Origin: Candidatus Gottesmanbacteria bacterium
Lineage (GTDB): Bacteria; Patescibacteriota; Microgenomatia; UBA10105; UBA927
Length of the DNA: 64,000 nt
Direction of reading: 5' to 3'
NCBI GenBank assembly: GCA_963714095.1
Contig: OY970230.1
Location: 660,084-724,083, forward strand
This document shows positions 17,038 to 25,762 of this stretch, piece after piece (positions within the stretch are counted from its first letter, which is position 1; the number at the start of each line of letters is the position of its first letter). Below the pieces are notes generated by a model. That model was given only the letters and a program-made list of their open reading frames with translations, made no database searches and had not been told where the DNA came from. The position numbers and the translations under genes are program-made.

Positions 17038-19251
17038 ATGGCAAATCCCGCTGGAACAACCTTTTCTTCGCTTTTTAAAAAATACCGTTTACGTTCGGAG
17101 TTGGCAACGCTTTCCGAATTCGGCCGGATGCTTGCGGATGAAGGCGTGGTATATGAAGACAGCCTGTTTTACCGGTGGCAAAATAATACGCGCGTCCCCA
17201 GATATAGGAATATCCTTCTTGCAGTTATCCGTGTTTTTATAAAACGCGGAGGGATTGTGTCAATTGAACAGGCAAATGCCCTTCTTGCCAGTACGGGGCA
17301 ACGGGATTTGACTCAGGAAGACGTGGTAGCGCTTCCGTTTCTTCTCACAACATCACCGTTTACCGTTCCCGCATTATCCCCCGATTTTATCGGACGCACA
17401 AAGCCAATAAAAGAAATATGCTGGTCGCTTTTAAACAGGCAGACGGTACTGCTTCACGGTATGGCGGGAGTCGGCAAAACAATGCTGGCTGTCTATTGCG
17501 GACATTTTTTGAAAAAGACGTTCCGTGACGGCGTTTTGTGGTACCGGTTTGATATTCGATCGGCAGAAGACATTTTTAATGATATTGCGAGATCGTACGG
17601 AGAGGACATTTCCGGCATACGGGATGTACGGGTAAAAGCACAGCGCATACGCGATCTATTGGCTCAAAAAGACGTGCTTCTCATCTTGGATAACGTTGAC
17701 GATTTTACCCACATAGATCTTTTTATGAATGAATCTTCTAGGATTCCCCTCCTCCTCACATCCAAGCGATGTCCGGAGCTCGGCGCACTCGTCGCGCCGC
17801 TGAGAATTGACACGTTTACCCCCACGGAAGTGAACGAATTAGCCCGGCGTATTTTAGGCCGTGCGTACGTTATGAGTCACGAGACGAGCATCCAACGTGT
17901 TGCGCGCGAGACCGGCAGTTTGCCGTTGGCTCTCATGGTTATTTTTAAACACGCCACACGTTCGCCTCACGCGCTCAATTGTTTTATGCATCGGTTTCAT
18001 TATGCAGATCTTCAGTTCGGCAATCTTCACTATGATGACAAAAATCTTGAATTATCACTGCAGATTTCGTTTCAGTCGCTTTCCACAGAGCTTCGAAAAA
18101 CATGTCTGTCGGTTGGCATGTTTTCCGGAAGTGATTTTTCTGCCGACGCGGTGGCTGCGGCAACGAAAGAATCAAAAGCTACGGTTGTCAAACGCCTGAA
18201 ACAACTCGAATCCCTTTCTTTTTTGGAGAAATCACTGGCGCACAGGTACCGGGTTCACCCGTTCATCATGTCTTTTCTTGCGCGAAAGACCCGGGGCGAC
18301 GCACCGTATAGGGAACTCGCACGGTATTTTATCCGGTTTTTGGGAAAGGGAGGGCGGGGAAACCGTACATTTTATCCGCAGATTGAAGAAGAGCTGGATA
18401 CCATTATCGGTGTGTTTTTGCGGTGCAAAGAACTCGGAGCGAGGGAAGAAATGATTGAACTGTGGGAATATCTTGGAATTTTTTTGTGGGATACGGGACG
18501 CTGGCACGAGGTAGATACATACGGACATATTGTTTGTGCTGTGTGCCGGCGTCAAAAAAATCAGCGGGCGCTGGCATCGTGTCTTATACGGGAACTTTGT
18601 TGGCTGCAGTACTGGCGGGGAGATTTGAAATCCGCTTTGTCCTCGGTAGAGTCAGGAATGAGAATAGTGGAGCGTCTGAAAGATGCGCCGCTTATTGCAT
18701 TGGCACGGATCCGTTTAGGAAAAATTTATGAAAGTCAGAAGCGGTGTCATCTGGCGCTTGTGTGTTTTACGCATGCCTTTGAATACTTTAGCAGTGAGCG
18801 TAACCAAGAGAAACAGGGTGATATATTAACCTACATGGGAGAAACATATTGGTTGATGGGAAACAGTACAAAAGCGAAATTTTATCTTCACCGCGCATTA
18901 CATATCGTGCGCGCAATTGGTGATATTCCGCAGGAAATTACCATCGTTTCACGTCTGGGCTGTATTGCCCTTCAGGAGAAACATTTCAGGAATGCGATCT
19001 CACAATTCAGGAAAAGCTTGTTATTGGAAAAAACATCAGGTCGCAGGGTCGGTGATACGTTTTGGAACAATCTCGCACTCGGTTTAACGTACGAGGCGTT
19101 GGGGAATCACAGGCAGGCCCGGGATAAATTTCAATTGGCAAAGGACGAAATGATAGTGGTAGGTTTTAATGAACAAATTCTGCAGGTTGATGTTTTCCCG
19201 ATGATATTCAAAAATGAACTCAGGCATTGCGGATTTTTATTTACTGCGTAA
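17038..19251 (+). CDS. STAND NTPase: N-terminal XRE-type HTH, NB-ARC ATPase, C-terminal TPR repeats
   Basis: HTH-like LATLSEFGRMLADEG...SLFYRWQNNTRVP; P-loop LLHGMAGVGKTMLA; Walker B VLLILDNVDD; GLPL-like GSLPLAL; C-terminal TPR-like helices (GKIYESQKR..., GETYWLMGNSTKAKFYLHRAL). Confidence 0.7.
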   Translation: MANPAGTTFSSLFKKYRLRSELATLSEFGRMLADEGVVYEDSLFYRWQNNTRVPRYRNILLAVIRVFIKRGGIVSIEQANALLASTGQRDLTQEDVVALPFLLTTSPFTVPALSPDFIGRTKPIKEICWSLLNRQTVLLHGMAGVGKTMLAVYCGHFLKKTFRDGVLWYRFDIRSAEDIFNDIARSYGEDISGIRDVRVKAQRIRDLLAQKDVLLILDNVDDFTHIDLFMNESSRIPLLLTSKRCPELGALVAPLRIDTFTPTEVNELARRILGRAYVMSHETSIQRVARETGSLPLALMVIFKHATRSPHALNCFMHRFHYADLQFGNLHYDDKNLELSLQISFQSLSTELRKTCLSVGMFSGSDFSADAVAAATKESKATVVKRLKQLESLSFLEKSLAHRYRVHPFIMSFLARKTRGDAPYRELARYFIRFLGKGGRGNRTFYPQIEEELDTIIGVFLRCKELGAREEMIELWEYLGIFLWDTGRWHEVDTYGHIVCAVCRRQKNQRALASCLIRELCWLQYWRGDLKSALSSVESGMRIVERLKDAPLIALARIRLGKIYESQKRCHLALVCFTHAFEYFSSERNQEKQGDILTYMGETYWLMGNSTKAKFYLHRALHIVRAIGDIPQEITIVSRLGCIALQEKHFRNAISQFRKSLLLEKTSGRRVGDTFWNNLALGLTYEALGNHRQARDKFQLAKDEMIVVGFNEQILQVDVFPMIFKNELRHCGFLFTA

Positions 19252-19275
19252 GCGTGACGTGGGTATACTTGTGAT

Positions 19276-19818
19276 ATGACGAAAGAACGGGTAGAACATG
19301 TTATATTGGCAGACACCGATATTACTCTTGTATGCGGCGATATTACGGCGCTTTCGGTTGATGCCATTGTCAATGCGGCTGACCCGAAGCTGTTGGGCGG
19401 CAAAGGCGTAGACGGGGCTATTCATAGAGCGGCAGGACCTAAACTCCTGGAAGAATGCAGAACATTAGGAGGCTGTGATACCGGGGAAGCAAAACTTACC
19501 CATGGGTATAATTTGCCGGCTCGATATGTTATTCAGACAGTCGGTCCTGTTTACGGTACTGAAAACGGGAGGGAGCCGGAGCTTCTGGCTTCCTGTTATA
19601 GAAAGAGTCTGGATCTTGCGAAACAGCATGATATTAAAACCATAGCCTTTCCATCGATTTCTACCGGTTACTTCGGGTATCCGATACGGGAAGCAGTCAA
19701 AATTGTTCGTAAAGCCATTGCTGACTATCTCCAACAGGAACACTCTTTTCAAAAAATACTATTTGTTTTGTATACTCCGGCTGATTTTGCGGTCTATCAA
19801 AGAGAATTTGCTTCTTAA
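19276..19818 (+). CDS. macro domain protein (ADP-ribose / O-acetyl-ADP-ribose processing, MacroD/YmdB-like)
   Basis: DAIVNAAD...LGGKGVDGAIHRAAGP...VIQTVGPVY macro-domain motifs. Confidence 0.85.
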   Translation: MTKERVEHVILADTDITLVCGDITALSVDAIVNAADPKLLGGKGVDGAIHRAAGPKLLEECRTLGGCDTGEAKLTHGYNLPARYVIQTVGPVYGTENGREPELLASCYRKSLDLAKQHDIKTIAFPSISTGYFGYPIREAVKIVRKAIADYLQQEHSFQKILFVLYTPADFAVYQREFAS

Positions 19819-20306
19819 ACTCCGATATTTCTCTTCAGTAATGATAACGCAGCAGCATGAAAAGACTCATGGGCTGAAGACATACAGAGATTTTTTATAA
19901 GAGATATGCGATATCCCCTATCGAACGCGTCGTATGCTGTTGCCAATACGCAACAATCCGTGTCAATGCCGCAGAGACAAAGTTTTTGAATACCGTGATT
20001 TTTTAAGAGTGTGTTCACGCCGGGGACTTTTAATGCCGAATATACATGTTTAGAAACGAGTATTCCCTGCGTAAGCACCGGTTGCAGGTCGCGGGCAATG
20101 TCCGTATCTTCCGGGGTCATACTTTTTTTCCACCCAGGGAGGCGATATACACTGGATGTCGGGGTATTGACGAAGTGCGTAAAAATAATCATATCAAATT
20201 TTTCCTTATTGTTTTGGATATACCGGCAGATTTTTCCCGGCAGCGATGCGGTGCGTGTATTGATAAAAAAGTTTTGTACGTCGATAACGAGCAGTGCCTG
20301 TTTCAT
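19815..20306 (-). CDS. isochorismatase-family cysteine hydrolase, nicotinamidase (PncA)-like
   Basis: ALLVIDVQNFF N-terminus; catalytic-Cys region LCLCGIDTDCCVLATAYDA. Confidence 0.7.
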   Translation of the reverse strand: MKQALLVIDVQNFFINTRTASLPGKICRYIQNNKEKFDMIIFTHFVNTPTSSVYRLPGWKKSMTPEDTDIARDLQPVLTQGILVSKHVYSALKVPGVNTLLKNHGIQKLCLCGIDTDCCVLATAYDAFDRGYRISLIKNLCMSSAHESFHAAALSLLKRNIGV

Positions 20307-20460
20307 GTTTTCGATAATACACGTTTACCATTCTTCGGTCAAAAATTGTGTGCCGTAGCCGCGTTTCAGAGACTGTCATTTTTTCTGACACTATTGTCAT
20401 AGACAGGGAACGTCTCATTTTTTATAGTAACGCCGAAACCATACATGTGCGGTCGGGTTT

Positions 20461-20772
20461 ATGGATATACAACGTATGCGTATTAAGAGCGTATTAAGCC
20501 AACGAAATTTGTATCTTTTTCCGACTCAGGCAGCTGCCAGAGACGTATTTTCCGATACCGCATTTGACTATATGCACGGCTACGTTTCTCCCTCGTACTT
20601 TTATCTTCTTGTGAGGGAGCTTTTATTCATAAATGCCCGGGCAAAACAACCGTTCCTTAAAAACAAGCACCTTGTCAGAGAAATGTATATGGCGTTGCGC
20701 CTTAGCGTTTCCGGAACTCCGGCTGCGGAACGCATGAAGATACGCAATCAGCTTATCCACTACGCGTTTTAA
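20461..20772 (+). CDS. hypothetical small protein
   Basis: ORF only; no recognised motif. Confidence 0.3.
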   Translation: MDIQRMRIKSVLSQRNLYLFPTQAAARDVFSDTAFDYMHGYVSPSYFYLLVRELLFINARAKQPFLKNKHLVREMYMALRLSVSGTPAAERMKIRNQLIHYAF

Positions 20773-20819
20773 CCGGTAAGGATATTGTGCCGCGGGTAAA
20801 GTCCTGATATACTTACACT

Positions 20820-20957
20820 ATGCCCAAACGCGTCTATCAGCCGAAAAAGAAAAAACGGATCCGAACCCACGGATTCCGTCTGCGGATGCGGACAATCGGC
20901 GGCCGTAAGGTTTTGAAGCACCGCCGCCTGGTAGGGCGCCGCCGCGTAAGCCTGTAA
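20820..20957 (+). CDS. rpmH: 50S ribosomal protein L34 (45 aa; absent from the ORF track because it is under 60 aa)
   Basis: Manual translation [45 protein letters not shown] matches the L34 consensus (K.R..HGFR.RM.T..GR.VL..RR..GR..L); directly upstream of rnpA as in most bacteria. Confidence 0.9.
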   Translation: MPKRVYQPKKKKRIRTHGFRLRMRTIGGRKVLKHRRLVGRRRVSL

Positions 20958-20962
20958 ACCAC

Positions 20963-21286
20963 ATGCTTTCTTCCGATCATAGATTGCCCAAAGAAGACAT
21001 CGCTCCGATTTTGCGACGCGGTACTCACGTCAGAAATGAGATCATCGAACTGATTTACAAAAAAACAAATACTGATAACGTCTCTCGCTTCGCATTTATC
21101 GTTTCTACAAAAATTGATAAACGCGCAACGAGCCGTAACCGTATGCGCAGAACCATGAGTGAATCTGTGCGGCATCTGATATCTGCCCTTCCTCCGATCG
21201 ACGGCATATTTGTTGCGAAAAAGAATTTCGCAGATCTTTCTCAGATCGAGGTAGAAAAAATCATCCACGCGCTTCTCCGGTTATGA
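20963..21286 (+). CDS. rnpA: ribonuclease P protein component
   Basis: RnpA-like basic protein ([22 protein letters not shown]) in the conserved position after rpmH. Confidence 0.8.
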   Translation: MLSSDHRLPKEDIAPILRRGTHVRNEIIELIYKKTNTDNVSRFAFIVSTKIDKRATSRNRMRRTMSESVRHLISALPPIDGIFVAKKNFADLSQIEVEKIIHALLRL

Positions 21287-21522
21287 AAAAATTTATTTTA
21301 AAATCCATCCGTTTTTACCAGCGGTATATTTCGTTGGATACCGGCTTACTGCATGCCCTATTCCCTATTAGGGTGTGCCGGTTTACGCCGACATGCAGCG
21401 AGTATACCTATCAGGCGATCGAGCGCTATGGTATACTATACGGATCGCAGCTAGGGTTGGCGCGCATTATCCGCTGCCACCCGTGGAACCGCGGCGGATA
21501 CGATCCCGTTCCAAAAAAATAA
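21283..21522 (+). CDS. yidD: membrane protein insertion efficiency factor YidD
   Basis: YQ..IS......C.F.PTCSEY...AI...G...G..L...RI.RCHP motif set. Confidence 0.85.
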   Translation: MKKFILKSIRFYQRYISLDTGLLHALFPIRVCRFTPTCSEYTYQAIERYGILYGSQLGLARIIRCHPWNRGGYDPVPKK

Positions 21523-21541
21523 TACAATTATTTTTTAGTCT

Positions 21542-22357
21542 ATGAATAATCCGAATCTTTGGAATCAAATTCTTGTCTGGCCGATTTTAAACGTGCTGAT
21601 TGCCCTCTATAAACTTTTTGAAAGTTTGCACGTGCCGGGACCCCTGGGATTTGCGGTCATCGGGCTTACGCTCATCATCAGGCTTCTTCTCTACCCTCTT
21701 ATGGCTGCACAACTTAGGAGTGCCAAAAAAATGGCGGCGATCAAGCCGCACATGGACGCGCTTGCCATCAAACACAAAGGCGACAAAAAAGCGCTTCAGG
21801 AAGCACAGATGGCTCTTTACAAAGAACACGGCGTCAACCCGGCCGCGGGTTGCCTCCCCCTCCTTATCCAAATGCCCGTCCTCATTGCGCTCTATAATGT
21901 GTTTTATCAGGTATTAAATGCAGGAAATATTGCTAAGGTGGTAACGGATATAAATAAAATCGTGTATCTGCCGGCGTTTAAAATTAGCAACCTGGACCTT
22001 AATTTTTTCGGCGTCGATCTTGCGATAAAACCGTCGCAATTTCAGAAATACGGATACGTGTTCCTTCTGGTTCCTTTAATTACGGCAGCCTTGCAATGGT
22101 GGCAGACAAAATTGATGATGGCGGCCATACCCAAAGCGCCGGTAGCGGACAAAGCGCTCGTAAAACCAGCAGGCGGAAAGAAGGATGAAAAACCACCGGA
22201 GGATATGGCAGCGGACATGCAAAAACAGATGGCAATTCTTACTCCCATTATGTTCGGCTATTTTGCCTATACGTTTCCATTAGGTCTTGCACTGTACTGG
22301 AATGTCTTCGGTCTTTTTGGTATCATGCAGCAGATTGCGATTAATAAGGAAACATAA
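21542..22357 (+). CDS. yidC: membrane protein insertase YidC/Oxa1 (short form)
   Basis: YPLMAAQLRSAKKMAAIKPHM...GCLPLLIQMPVLIALYNV core motifs; multiple TM helices. Confidence 0.85.
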   Translation: MNNPNLWNQILVWPILNVLIALYKLFESLHVPGPLGFAVIGLTLIIRLLLYPLMAAQLRSAKKMAAIKPHMDALAIKHKGDKKALQEAQMALYKEHGVNPAAGCLPLLIQMPVLIALYNVFYQVLNAGNIAKVVTDINKIVYLPAFKISNLDLNFFGVDLAIKPSQFQKYGYVFLLVPLITAALQWWQTKLMMAAIPKAPVADKALVKPAGGKKDEKPPEDMAADMQKQMAILTPIMFGYFAYTFPLGLALYWNVFGLFGIMQQIAINKET

Positions 22358-22359
22358 AT

Positions 22360-22815
22360 ATGGAACAGATAGACCAAGTCAAACAGATTACGGAAGATTT
22401 ACTCAAGCGCCTGGGTATATCCGGAGATGTCGCGGTTGACGTGGACGAAACCGGCGCATTCCGGGTACATATCGAAACGGAAGAAACGGGACTCCTCATC
22501 GGATTCCATGGGAAAACGCTGGAAAGTTTCCAGATTATTTTAGGACTGTTGGTTTCCAAAGAATTGACGGCTTGGGTGAAGGTGTACGTGAATGTGGGCG
22601 ACTACCGCGAAAAGCGCGAAGAAGCGCTCATGCTTATGGCCCAGCATGCCGCAGAGCGCGCACTTGCCGCCGGGCGTCCCATAGAGCTCCCTCATTTATC
22701 TGCGTCGGAACGGCGTGTTATTCATCTGACGCTTGCCGGTGACGAACGGGTGGAAACGGAATCTGTCGGCGAAGGCATGTCCCGCACCCTGCTCGTGAAA
22801 CCAAAGGCAATTTAA
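22360..22815 (+). CDS. jag: Jag/KhpB-type RNA-binding protein (KH + R3H)
   Basis: C-terminal R3H motif LPHLSASERRVIHLTLAGD; conserved position after yidC. Confidence 0.75.
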   Translation: MEQIDQVKQITEDLLKRLGISGDVAVDVDETGAFRVHIETEETGLLIGFHGKTLESFQIILGLLVSKELTAWVKVYVNVGDYREKREEALMLMAQHAAERALAAGRPIELPHLSASERRVIHLTLAGDERVETESVGEGMSRTLLVKPKAI

Positions 22816-22830
22816 CGTATTATTGGGGGG

Positions 22831-24066
22831 ATGACTGAATTATTGTTTTTTCTTCTTCTCGTTCTGCTTCCGACACAGCTGGGATACCACTTCTGGCCGA
22901 GTTGGGCGCTGGTGTTAGGGAGAAGAATTGATTACCTTTCCCCCACTTTGTATCTTACCGATATTCTTATTTTTTTTCTCCTCATCAGTTGGTTTATTTT
23001 TAACAGGAAAAATATTTTTTCTCATAAAAAAATTCCACGTCCCGCGATCGTCAAAATTTTTTGTTTTCTTGTTTTTATTTTTATTAATAGTTATTTTGCC
23101 GCCGACCGGATGGTCGCCTTGTTTGCCTGGATAAAAATTTTGGAATTATCGGGATTAGGTCTGTATATCATAAAGACAAAACCGAAAGTAGTGGAAATTA
23201 TATTTCCATTATCCATCGGCGTTTTATATTCATCAGGTATCGCGATTGTCCAATTTTTATTGCAGCATTCCATCGGCGGAGTTTTTTGGTTTCTCGGAGA
23301 ACGGACGTTTTCGGCGATAACCCCGGGGATCGCTCAAATTTCTTTGTGTTTTTTACACCGGTTCAGTTGTCCGTTGACACTGCGCTCGTATGCGACATTC
23401 CCCCACCCCAACGTGTTGGGAGGTTTTTTGGCAGTGACACTGACATTGATCATCTACCAATTAACCAATTCATCAATGAAACAATTTTCCAATCGTAAAA
23501 AAATATTTTATACGATAACTATTATTTCAGGAATTATTGCGCTGGTACTCACATTCAGCAGAAGCGCATGGATTGTTTTGATATTTGGTTGTGTGTATTT
23601 GGTATTCCGAAAAAAGAAACATTTCTTTTTTCCGGTATTATTATCTGCAATTCTTTTTCTCTTCTTTGTCGGAACAACGTTCGGGTTTCAGGACGAGTCA
23701 GTCGTGGTGCGCGAACAATTAAACTCAGCGGCAGTTTTAATCGTCACCGCATCCCCCGTCATCGGCAGCGGGATGGGAAATTTTTTGGTCCGGCTCCCCG
23801 ACTTTCTGGTTTCGCGGACTATATATTTTTTACAGCCCGTACATAATATTTATTTGCTGCTGTTGTCGGAAATAGGAATTATCGGGTGCGCACTTTTCCT
23901 GTGGGTTCTATGGAAGTCGGGGAAAAATATGTTCAGAAAATTTTCCGTGTATCAGCTCTTACTTTGTATGCTGTTAGTTATTGGTCTCGTGGATCATTAT
24001 CCGCTGACCATACAGCAGGGACAACTCATGTTTACAATTTTTCTTTCCCTTTCTTTGATACAATAA
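22831..24066 (+). CDS. O-antigen ligase / polymerase family membrane protein (Wzy/WaaL-like)
   Basis: About 10 TM helices; Wzy_C-like loop FSRSAWIVLIFG. Confidence 0.6.
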   Translation: MTELLFFLLLVLLPTQLGYHFWPSWALVLGRRIDYLSPTLYLTDILIFFLLISWFIFNRKNIFSHKKIPRPAIVKIFCFLVFIFINSYFAADRMVALFAWIKILELSGLGLYIIKTKPKVVEIIFPLSIGVLYSSGIAIVQFLLQHSIGGVFWFLGERTFSAITPGIAQISLCFLHRFSCPLTLRSYATFPHPNVLGGFLAVTLTLIIYQLTNSSMKQFSNRKKIFYTITIISGIIALVLTFSRSAWIVLIFGCVYLVFRKKKHFFFPVLLSAILFLFFVGTTFGFQDESVVVREQLNSAAVLIVTASPVIGSGMGNFLVRLPDFLVSRTIYFLQPVHNIYLLLLSEIGIIGCALFLWVLWKSGKNMFRKFSVYQLLLCMLLVIGLVDHYPLTIQQGQLMFTIFLSLSLIQ

Positions 24067-24070
24067 CGAT

Positions 24071-25300
24071 ATGAAGAAAACTATCGCCCTCAATACGGTA
24101 AGCCAGCTTATCGGGAAAGCCGTAAGCGCGATCGCCACGTTTATCGTCACATTTCTTGTCGCCCGGCAACTGGGTGCCGCGGGCTACGGCGATTTCGTCA
24201 AAATCACAACATACATAGCATTTTTCTATTTGCTCGCGGATTTCGGCATGAACGCCATCTATTTACAGCAGGCGGAATCACGCCTCGCGTGGCCCGCGCT
24301 TATTATCATCCGGACACTCGGGAGCATTCTCCTCATTGCATTGTCTTTGGGAATAGTCATGATGCTGCCCGGCAGGGGGACTCAGGGATACACGCCGTTT
24401 GTGAGATTAGGAATTTTGTTGTATTCCCCCACTATTCTGCTGCAGGCCTGGATTACGACCGGAAATGCGATTTTTCAGAAACGGCTCCGGTATGACCTTG
24501 CGACCTGGGCAATTTTTTTCGGTTCAGTTGTATCAGTTATTTTCGTATGGATTTTTTTCGTTGCCGCGCCCGTACCCAACGTCATGACGGCGCTTATGGT
24601 TTTGGGAGCAGGGACTCTCGTCACGGGAGCATGCGCAATGCTTTTTGCGTTCCGGTCACACCCGGTATCTTCATGGAACATTTCCGTCCGCGATATGATG
24701 CGGATCCTCGTCCCTTCTCTTCCACTCGGCATTACCCTGGTTTTTAATCTGGTGTATTTTCGGGCGGACAGCGTCGTGATTACTCTTACCCGTCCGACGG
24801 TTGAAGTCGGCGTGTACGGGCTGGCGTATAAAGTATTTGAAGTGGTCCTGGTTTTCCCTACATTTTTTATGAACGCTGTGTACCCTCTCATGCTCAGGCA
24901 GCAGCACATGAAACTGAAAAAAATGTTTCTGAATTCTTTTTTGTTTTTGTTTCTGACGTCTTTGGTAACCGTATTTGTTTTATGGTTTGCGGCTCCCCTG
25001 TTGTCATTTGTTAAAAGCGATTTTATTGCAAGTATCGGGGCTCTTCGTGTCTTATCGTTGGGTCTCCCGTTTTTCTTTGTGACGAGTACCACGATGTGGG
25101 CGCTTATCGCATTAAAAAAACAGTCTGCTCTCGCCGCAATTTACGGCGTATCGATGATCGTCAATATTGCCGGTAATATTCTTTTGGTGCCGCAGTACGG
25201 ATTTATGGCGGCTGCATGGTTAACGGTTGCGTGTGAAGGATTGGTGCTGGTATTAAGCGGACTTGTTTTGGTACAATCATTTTCTCATTCAAAAAATTAA
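24071..25300 (+). CDS. polysaccharide biosynthesis protein / oligosaccharide flippase (Wzx-like, MOP superfamily)
   Basis: 12-14 TM helices with the N-terminus typical of Polysacc_synt (LIGKAVSAIATFIVTFLVARQLG...YGDF). Confidence 0.7.
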   Translation: MKKTIALNTVSQLIGKAVSAIATFIVTFLVARQLGAAGYGDFVKITTYIAFFYLLADFGMNAIYLQQAESRLAWPALIIIRTLGSILLIALSLGIVMMLPGRGTQGYTPFVRLGILLYSPTILLQAWITTGNAIFQKRLRYDLATWAIFFGSVVSVIFVWIFFVAAPVPNVMTALMVLGAGTLVTGACAMLFAFRSHPVSSWNISVRDMMRILVPSLPLGITLVFNLVYFRADSVVITLTRPTVEVGVYGLAYKVFEVVLVFPTFFMNAVYPLMLRQQHMKLKKMFLNSFLFLFLTSLVTVFVLWFAAPLLSFVKSDFIASIGALRVLSLGLPFFFVTSTTMWALIALKKQSALAAIYGVSMIVNIAGNILLVPQYGFMAAAWLTVACEGLVLVLSGLVLVQSFSHSKN

Positions 25301-25304
25301 TGAT

Positions 25305-25709
25305 ATGAAATTTATCGTACATACTGATGGGGGAGCGAGGAACAATCCCGGGCCGGCGGCAATCGGCGTGGTTATTGAAGACGGAACAAAGAAAAAAATT
25401 CAGGAGTTCGGAAAGCGGATCGGTAATGCGACAAACAACGTTGCGGAATACACGGCGGTTGCCCAAGCATTGGGGGCAATAAAAGAACTGGCAGGGGAGT
25501 CACCGGAAATATTTTTTTATTTGGACTCAACACTCGTTGTCAATCAGTTAAACGGATTCTTTAAAATTAAAGACGCGACCCTTCGCGCGCTTGCCACCGA
25601 CATCCGGATTTTGGAGACTGAGGTCGGGGGAGTGGTTCACTATACTGCCGTCCCCAGAGAACGAAACCGTCGGGCGGATTTTCTGGTAAACCAAGCATTA
25701 GATTCGTGA
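25305..25709 (+). CDS. rnhA: ribonuclease HI
   Basis: HTDGGARNNPGPAAIGVVI (DxG catalytic region), NNVAEYTAVAQALG, YLDSTLVVNQ motifs. Confidence 0.8.
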   Translation: MKFIVHTDGGARNNPGPAAIGVVIEDGTKKKIQEFGKRIGNATNNVAEYTAVAQALGAIKELAGESPEIFFYLDSTLVVNQLNGFFKIKDATLRALATDIRILETEVGGVVHYTAVPRERNRRADFLVNQALDS

Positions 25710-25762
25710 TGGTTACCTCCTCATGTCGGCTTGATTCAGTTCCCTGTGGATGAGCACCTTTT

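Noticed and set aside
20749-20757. DnaA-box-like 9-mer TTATCCACT near rpmH as possible oriC
   Set aside because: Single copy with one mismatch, inside a coding region (20461..20772); no box cluster, no dnaA/dnaN nearby, so no support for an origin in this window.
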